Shown here: positions 26,195 to 32,000 of the stretch, one piece after another | Numbering within the stretch: the first letter of the stretch is position 1 | How the letters are laid out: each line of letters starts with the position of its first letter | Assembly: GCF_008189405.1 (NCBI RefSeq) | Contig: NZ_CP043316.1 | Coordinates: forward strand, 420,001 to 452,000 | Reading direction: 5' to 3' | From: Candidatus Saccharimonadota bacterium | GTDB lineage: Bacteria > Pseudomonadota > Alphaproteobacteria > CAJXXZ01 > 1604HC | DNA: 32,000 nucleotides | Translations under genes and position numbers: made by a program | The notes under the pieces: generated by a model | What the model saw: the letters and a program-made list of their open reading frames with translations, nothing else | What the model was told of the DNA's origin: nothing | Database searches by the model: none

Positions 26195-27565
26195 ATGAAT
26201 CAAAGCTCTAATTATCAAAAATCGAAAATAAAATCAGGTATGTCTCAAAAATCACAAATAGCACATAGGCAATTCTTGTCTAGTAGTGCATGTGTTAGCT
26301 TTTTTACATTAATATCAAGAATTTTAGGGTATTTCAGAGATATTATAATATTAAACTGGGTTGGCATTGGAGCTATTACAGATGCATATATATTGGCAAC
26401 AAAATTTCCATCATTATTCAGAAAAGTTATATCTGATGGAAGTATGAATAACTTACTAATACCTATGCTTAAAGATATCAAAATCAAACAGCAGAATGAA
26501 AAATCATTCATCATGCAATTATCTAAAAAATTGTTTATGCGTATATTTATAGTAGTATCCTTATTTTTACTACTAATCAAACCATTGTCAAAAATAATCT
26601 TTACCAATTTATCTAACTTATCTCAGGAATTTTTTGTGATATTTTCATATTTTATATTCCCTAGCCTACTATTTATGGGACTATCTAGTATTTGGATGAG
26701 CTTATTAAACCACAATAAGAAATTCTTTGCTTCTGCTGTCTCAAGCGTAATATGTAATATAATTGCAATTATTACCCTTCTCATAAGCTATAAATATAAT
26801 TTTTCATTTTTATTTATAGGGATAGCAATTTTATTCGGTAATATAGCACAGTTTCTATGGATATCATTTAATGTGTATAAGCACAATTTATTATACAATC
26901 AACAATCTAGTGATAACTTCCAATCTGAAATGAAAATATTCAATTCTAGGTTTCTAAATATATCATTTTCATCAGGCATATCACAAATTATGATTATGTT
27001 TTCATCTTGGTTCGCCAGCTTTCTCCCAACAGGAAATATATCGTATTTAGCATTTGCAGATCGTATAATGCAAGTTCCTCTCAGTTTAATAGGCATCATA
27101 TTTAGCACGACATTCTTACTTTATTTAACACAATACATTAAAGATAAAGAGTTCATTAAAGCAAAAAAATTATATAATAAAGTATGGCTCTATGGCTTTA
27201 TAGTATCATGCGTAATCTCATTATTCATTTTTCTTTTTGCATATCAAATATGTAAAATACTATTCTTAAGAGGGAAAATGACAGCAAATGATATATATAA
27301 TATAAGTATGTATTTGAAGATATATATATTAAGCGTACCTGCATATACACTAAGCAAAACAATGAATGCAGTATTTTTTGCATATGGAGATACAAAAACC
27401 CCATTAAAAGGAGCTGCAATACAATTCGCTTCAAATATCATTTTAATACCTACACTTTTTTATATGGGTTCAATAGGAATTTCTATTAGTTTCTTAGCAT
27501 CTGCTTGGATTTACACACTATTCATGGGAGTTAATATGCGCATATCCTATAAATTTACAGTTTAA
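26195..27565 (+). CDS. murJ: Lipid II flippase MurJ (MviN family)
   Basis: The N-terminus reads TLISRILGYFRDIIILNWVGIGAITDAYILATKFPSLFRKVISDGSMNNLLIPML, and the protein is polytopic and hydrophobic throughout. It is somewhat short (456 aa) and the start codon is uncertain. Confidence 0.85.
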   Translation: MNQSSNYQKSKIKSGMSQKSQIAHRQFLSSSACVSFFTLISRILGYFRDIIILNWVGIGAITDAYILATKFPSLFRKVISDGSMNNLLIPMLKDIKIKQQNEKSFIMQLSKKLFMRIFIVVSLFLLLIKPLSKIIFTNLSNLSQEFFVIFSYFIFPSLLFMGLSSIWMSLLNHNKKFFASAVSSVICNIIAIITLLISYKYNFSFLFIGIAILFGNIAQFLWISFNVYKHNLLYNQQSSDNFQSEMKIFNSRFLNISFSSGISQIMIMFSSWFASFLPTGNISYLAFADRIMQVPLSLIGIIFSTTFLLYLTQYIKDKEFIKAKKLYNKVWLYGFIVSCVISLFIFLFAYQICKILFLRGKMTANDIYNISMYLKIYILSVPAYTLSKTMNAVFFAYGDTKTPLKGAAIQFASNIILIPTLFYMGSIGISISFLASAWIYTLFMGVNMRISYKFTV

Positions 27566-27585
27566 TATCAGCACAATAAATAAAA

Positions 27586-28731
27586 TTAGCTATATGTGAT
27601 TTCTGCATTGCATTTCATAATATCCTTCATACTATCTATGCCTCCTACTGCAGTTGTATGAATATGCAAATTAGCATCATGAAGTGATTTGGAATCTATA
27701 TCAATTGGCATACATATCATATCCCAATATAAAATTGAATTTTCTACTTTTAACATATTACAATTCATATGCGCCAGCACAAACTTATTAGCATGCATAC
27801 CATCCTCTATAAATAGTTCATTTACAAGAATACTACTAGCATTGTTTCTACAGTTCTTTATATGTATTCTATCAGCTACCATTTTTATCAAATATGCTTC
27901 AATATTTCCATCTAAACTAATATTTTCATATGTTCCACGAAAACTACAGTGAAGTGTTGGCAAATCACTCAATGGACGTATTACATGCACACTTCCTCCA
28001 TTAGAATCAATATCTAAATCTATCTTGCTGCCATCCCAATCTCTAGCATTTATAACAAGCTCATCTTTCAAATCTTTCACATTAATAGTTACTTTATTTC
28101 TTCTTGGCCCATTATTAAATCTATCTGCTAATGCGTAAGCTTCCGTATCTTTATCTTTTACATGTAACATTCTAATATTTCTAATAACAATATTATCATT
28201 TCTAATACATTCTTCTCTATATTGTTTCAACATATCATGAATATATGTAACTAACTCAACATCAGTTGGGCCCATTAAAACAACTGTATTTACAAACTTA
28301 TCTTCGCTCCTTATATGACGTTGCAACCTTATTATATCTACATATGTGAAATCATACTTACCTTGATGTATACGAAATAACATATTCCATTCAACACTCA
28401 TATATTGCAAAATATTAGATATAACACCCATTCCATATAATAATTGATCTGCTAATTCTTGTAATCTGCTTATATAGCTAAATTCAAATTTATCATCATT
28501 TTTAAGCACTGACTTAAATAAATTCTTATATTCATTATCTTTAATCATAGATGCTGCTATATACCCAGATAACATAATTCTTCTAACACAACTTGAAGTA
28601 TCTACGTACTTTATATAACTTTCATCAAATATTTGATGTGTTTTTGCATCTTCTATCTTAGTTTCAAAAGTAGTATTGGCACTGCTATAATATAGCATAC
28701 AAGCAGTAATTATTTTATTTATATTAACCAT
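27586..28731 (-). CDS. Hypothetical protein, 381 aa, with no family that I can recognise
   Basis: It is a long uninterrupted ORF with non-low-complexity composition, wedged convergently against murJ. I saw no recognisable motifs. Confidence 0.5.
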   Translation of the reverse strand: MVNINKIITACMLYYSSANTTFETKIEDAKTHQIFDESYIKYVDTSSCVRRIMLSGYIAASMIKDNEYKNLFKSVLKNDDKFEFSYISRLQELADQLLYGMGVISNILQYMSVEWNMLFRIHQGKYDFTYVDIIRLQRHIRSEDKFVNTVVLMGPTDVELVTYIHDMLKQYREECIRNDNIVIRNIRMLHVKDKDTEAYALADRFNNGPRRNKVTINVKDLKDELVINARDWDGSKIDLDIDSNGGSVHVIRPLSDLPTLHCSFRGTYENISLDGNIEAYLIKMVADRIHIKNCRNNASSILVNELFIEDGMHANKFVLAHMNCNMLKVENSILYWDMICMPIDIDSKSLHDANLHIHTTAVGGIDSMKDIMKCNAEITYS

Positions 28732-28857
28732 AATTTAATTGTAAATATAATATATATGCATATAGTAGATCATTATTATAAATAATATAAAATTCACTAT
28801 ATCACCACATGTTAGTTATATTATATAATTTGTCAATTAAATGTATTAAAATATGCT

Positions 28858-29577
28858 ATGAAATTCGTTAAAGCACATGGACTAGGAAATGATTTTATTA
28901 TGATATTTCAAGATATTTCTAAAGAAGATATGATATTATTATCTGACAGAAAATTAGGGATTGGATGTGATCAGGTCATTCAGAACATAAATAATAATGG
29001 ACAATATAATGTAAGGTTTTGGAATCAAGATGGATCAGAAGCAAACTTGTGTGGTAATGGAATTCGCTGTTTAGCGCAATATTACGATAGAGTAATCAAT
29101 AAATTTCATACAAACTCAGGAATAATTCATACAGTTAAGCTGAATAATGAACAGGTTGCATTTTCACTACCAGTCATACCTGTAATAAAGCAAATGAGTT
29201 ATAAATTGCCTACTTATGACGTTCACATTGGTAATGAACATATTGTTATATTCATAAATAATGAGCCAGATTGGGATCAAATTACACATGATTTTCAAGA
29301 TTATTTAAGCATAAAAAACATTATGTGTATTTGGCATGATAAACAATGGAATATTAGGTCATGGGAGCGTGGTGTAGGCAGGACATTAGCATGTGGATCA
29401 GGAACTATTGCTGCAGCATGTGCAGTTTGGGAGAATAATAAATCTCTCACACTAGGCAATAAAGATAATATTACATTCCATACTGAAATAGGTGAATTAT
29501 CTGTTATAAAGAAAAAACAAATATGGCAAATTGGACCAGCAAATATTGTAGCCAATGGTAATTTTAAGCTGATTTAA
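28858..29577 (+). CDS. dapF: Diaminopimelate epimerase (short form)
   Basis: Evidence is FVKAHGLGNDFIMI, NQDGSEANLCGNGIRC (first catalytic Cys) and LACGSGTIAAA (second catalytic Cys). Confidence 0.9.
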   Translation: MKFVKAHGLGNDFIMIFQDISKEDMILLSDRKLGIGCDQVIQNINNNGQYNVRFWNQDGSEANLCGNGIRCLAQYYDRVINKFHTNSGIIHTVKLNNEQVAFSLPVIPVIKQMSYKLPTYDVHIGNEHIVIFINNEPDWDQITHDFQDYLSIKNIMCIWHDKQWNIRSWERGVGRTLACGSGTIAAACAVWENNKSLTLGNKDNITFHTEIGELSVIKKKQIWQIGPANIVANGNFKLI

Positions 29578-30063
29578 ATTGCAAATATAACTCTGCATGG
29601 TATCGAGTTTACTAAATATATATATCAAAAAACAACACTACAATTATAATACATCATAATATTCGAAATTCACTATATATAGTAATGTTTAAATTAACAA
29701 TGCAAATAGTGTTTAAATAAATAATATGTAAAATATAATCATAATCTGTTATACATAAGTTCTAATCATATGCGCAATAATAATATGATATAATACCTCC
29801 GAGCAAGGCTCAACTAAAGGAGGCTATATGTATAAAGGTTTCTTATATATAAGTTTCATTATTACAAAAATGCTAAATAGCACGATTGATTCGAAATATC
29901 ATTTGCTTTTAAAAGAAGAGTTAGCATTAACTATCAAAATCAATATACAATATAAATCAGAATTTAATTGATTCTTATGCCTATTTTACTAATCTATGAT
30001 CTATAATTTATCACACTACTTCTGGTCTAAAACTCTATAAATTCAATTTGAACTGCGTAATTC

Positions 30064-30909
30064 TCAATCTAAAATATCTAATATTCTGATAATCTCTGAT
30101 CGCATTTTAGATCTATGTACAATCTTATCTATAAATCCATTGTTAAATTGGAAATCAGCACTTTGAAAATCATCTGGCAATTCTACTCTAATAGTTTGCT
30201 GAATAACTCTTTTTCCTGCAAACCCTATTAATGCATCAGGTTCTGCTAAAGTAATAGTTCCTAACATTGCAAATGAAGCCTGCACACCACCAGTGGTAGG
30301 GTCACATAATACAGAGATATATGGCAAACCAGCTTCCTTCACTTGCTTAATAGCAATAGTAGTACGAGCCATTTGAACTAAAGAAAACATTCCTTCTTGC
30401 ATTCTAGCTCCACCAGAAGATGAAAATATAATTAAAGGGATTCCATTTTCTACAGCAAGATCAGCAGCATATACAATTGCATTTCCAAGTGCACGCCCCA
30501 TAGACCCACCTATAAATTTAAAATTCATAGATAATGCAACTACTTTTTTACCTTCTACACTTCCAATTCCAATTAAGAAACAATCATCTGAATCACATAT
30601 CTCTCTATACTTTTTCAATCTAGATTTATAAGAAATTTTATCAGTAAAATTAATAGGATCATCAGAGTATTTCTTAGGCTCTTCTACAACAAAACATTTC
30701 TCAGATCCGAAAAATGCGCATAATCTCTGCTTAGCTGTCATTCGTTCATGGTGATCACAAATAGTACAAACTAATAAATTATCTTCTATTTGCTGCTTGA
30801 AAATCATCTCTCCACATTTATTACATTTGTGCCAAAGGTTCTCTGGTATGCTAGAAGACTTTGTAGATCTAATTTTAGGAATCCAATTCGTTAACCAATT
30901 CATTAACAC
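30064..30909 (-). CDS. accD: Acetyl-CoA carboxylase carboxyltransferase beta subunit
   Basis: The N-terminal zinc ribbon is WHKCNKCGEMIF..LVCTICDHHERMTAKQRL. The carboxyltransferase core is FIGGSMG..SSSGGARMQEG. Confidence 0.95.
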   Translation of the reverse strand: MLMNWLTNWIPKIRSTKSSSIPENLWHKCNKCGEMIFKQQIEDNLLVCTICDHHERMTAKQRLCAFFGSEKCFVVEEPKKYSDDPINFTDKISYKSRLKKYREICDSDDCFLIGIGSVEGKKVVALSMNFKFIGGSMGRALGNAIVYAADLAVENGIPLIIFSSSGGARMQEGMFSLVQMARTTIAIKQVKEAGLPYISVLCDPTTGGVQASFAMLGTITLAEPDALIGFAGKRVIQQTIRVELPDDFQSADFQFNNGFIDKIVHRSKMRSEIIRILDILD

Positions 30910-31132
30910 AATTTTATGATAATTTATCTTTTTCTGCTAGTAACCATCAAATATCCTTCCCTGCTATATGATAAAATTAATAGTGACGCTATATTATTGT
31001 CCAATAATACTATTATCATAATAGGGTGAATTACATGTTATACCATAAAATTACAAAATCATGGCACAGTAAAAAAACAATATATAGTATAGTAAATGAA
31101 TACACAAATATGATACATATTACAATATACCA

Positions 31133-31765
31133 TCAAATCATATGCAAAATAGAGCTTATAAATATTAAAGAAGGGGCTTTTCGCTGCAGCATACACTGCA
31201 TATTAATATGAGATATAACATTAAAAACATCTACATATGATCTTTTGATTCTTTTAATCAGAAATTGAAATACATCATCATGTATATCTAATCCAAAATC
31301 TATACTCATCTTTCTCATAATTTCTATGCAAATTTCTTCAGTTGGGCTTGGAATATGCATAGATGTCATAGTGTTAAACCTAGATTGTATATCAGGAATA
31401 AATTGTTTTAAAATATTAGAATTTTCTATAAGCCATAATGTATGTGTTTTATGGTGCATAGAATTAAATAGAATATTAAATATATCTTCTTGTATAAAGC
31501 TCTCGATTTTATCTATTATTAGGGGTTGGGTATAGTCAATATTTTGTACATTTTTTATAAAAGAGGCATTTGTAAGTTTTTTCCATATATGCGCTAAATG
31601 GGTTTTGCCAGATTTTGGTTGGCCAATAAGTATAGTATGGTAATTCCACATATTCTGACTTTTAATCCATGAAATAACATGCCTATTTGTTTCATTAACA
31701 AAAAAACTGCTTTCTGAAAAATCAATATTCCATTGAAAATCTAATATCATTTGCATACAAGCCAT
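31133..31765 (-). CDS. hda: DnaA-related AAA+ protein, Hda/HdaA-like regulatory inactivator of DnaA
   Basis: It has a Walker A (LIGQPKSGKTHLAHIW) and a short size (210 aa). The N-terminal QMILDF resembles the Q-x-x-L-x-F beta-clamp-binding motif of Hda proteins. Confidence 0.6.
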   Translation of the reverse strand: MACMQMILDFQWNIDFSESSFFVNETNRHVISWIKSQNMWNYHTILIGQPKSGKTHLAHIWKKLTNASFIKNVQNIDYTQPLIIDKIESFIQEDIFNILFNSMHHKTHTLWLIENSNILKQFIPDIQSRFNTMTSMHIPSPTEEICIEIMRKMSIDFGLDIHDDVFQFLIKRIKRSYVDVFNVISHINMQCMLQRKAPSLIFISSILHMI

Positions 31766-32000
31766 TTTTTATATGAAAACCACTTATGTATAAATTGATA
31801 TTTGTATTTATATACCCTATACCTAGAATTGAATCTTAATTTATATACCATACTGTACTTACATAGAATATATTGTATAACATATTGATGTAATGTTTTC
31901 GCCAAATTATATAGGTGTAATATGCATTTCAAGCTGTTTTGCTTATACTTCAAGACCATCTTCGCTTAATAATACCTGTTCTCCATACTGCTGCAAAAAT

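Noticed and set aside
31747-32000. A 70-aa minus-strand ORF (31747-31959), and a possible 3-prime end of another minus-strand gene reading ..FLQQYGEQVLLSEDGLEV-stop (31943-32000)
   Set aside because: The 70-aa ORF has AT-rich, Tyr/Lys/Asn-heavy composition with no RBS and overlaps the hda start. The edge fragment is only about 19 codons, too short to identify or to call with confidence.

Overview
This is a very AT-rich 32 kb window. Hand counts of single 60-nt lines give about 27% G+C in accessory genes and 35-50% in conserved enzymes. It has the look of a reduced-genome, obligately host-associated alphaproteobacterium, possibly Rickettsiales-like. That placement is only an inference from gene content, an Hda-like gene and composition.

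The housekeeping backbone reads clearly: an M23 peptidase (partial), pyrH-tsf-rpsB, greA, comF-tpiA, frr, rpmH-rnpA, tRNA-Ser(GCU), sppA, fabI, dapD, a 2-Cys peroxiredoxin, murJ, dapF, accD and hda.

The standout is a five-member paralogous family taking up about 11.8 kb of the 32 kb: P1 1364-3379 (+), P2 11474-14413 (-), P3 14614-16773 (-), P4 19518-21794 (-) and P5 22962-25367 (-). Each paralog starts with a signal-peptide-like segment that runs straight into a core whose ordered motifs match the ComEC/Rec2-type metallo-beta-lactamase (MBL) nuclease fold (DVGQG, LYDCGS, LSHPDxDHIN, CTGDAEDST, PHHGS, GHG..PHPHIN, WLYSTNxHGS). This conserved core is interrupted at fixed loop positions by hypervariable inserts:
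- a perfect 66-bp tandem array in P5;
- a degenerate A/E/K-rich block in P4;
- K/E-rich inserts in P2 and P3.

The core is followed by paralog-specific C-termini:
- repeated hydrophobic modules in P1 and P2;
- a coiled coil in P3;
- a Pro/Ser tail in P5.

Other points on the family and its surroundings:
- P1 has lost essentially every predicted metal ligand.
- P2-P5 carry a conserved promoter and 5-prime-UTR box.
- P4 and P5 share a roughly 305-bp near-identical 5-prime tract.
- The cluster starts next to a tRNA-Ser followed by degenerate copies of the tRNA 3-prime end.
- A decayed copy of the GH108 muramidase gene that sits beside P1 also sits beside P2.
- A ybeY remnant lies between P4 and P5.

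I found no transposase, integrase, CRISPR or rRNA. All family assignments come from motifs recognised by eye and need profile or structure searches to confirm.
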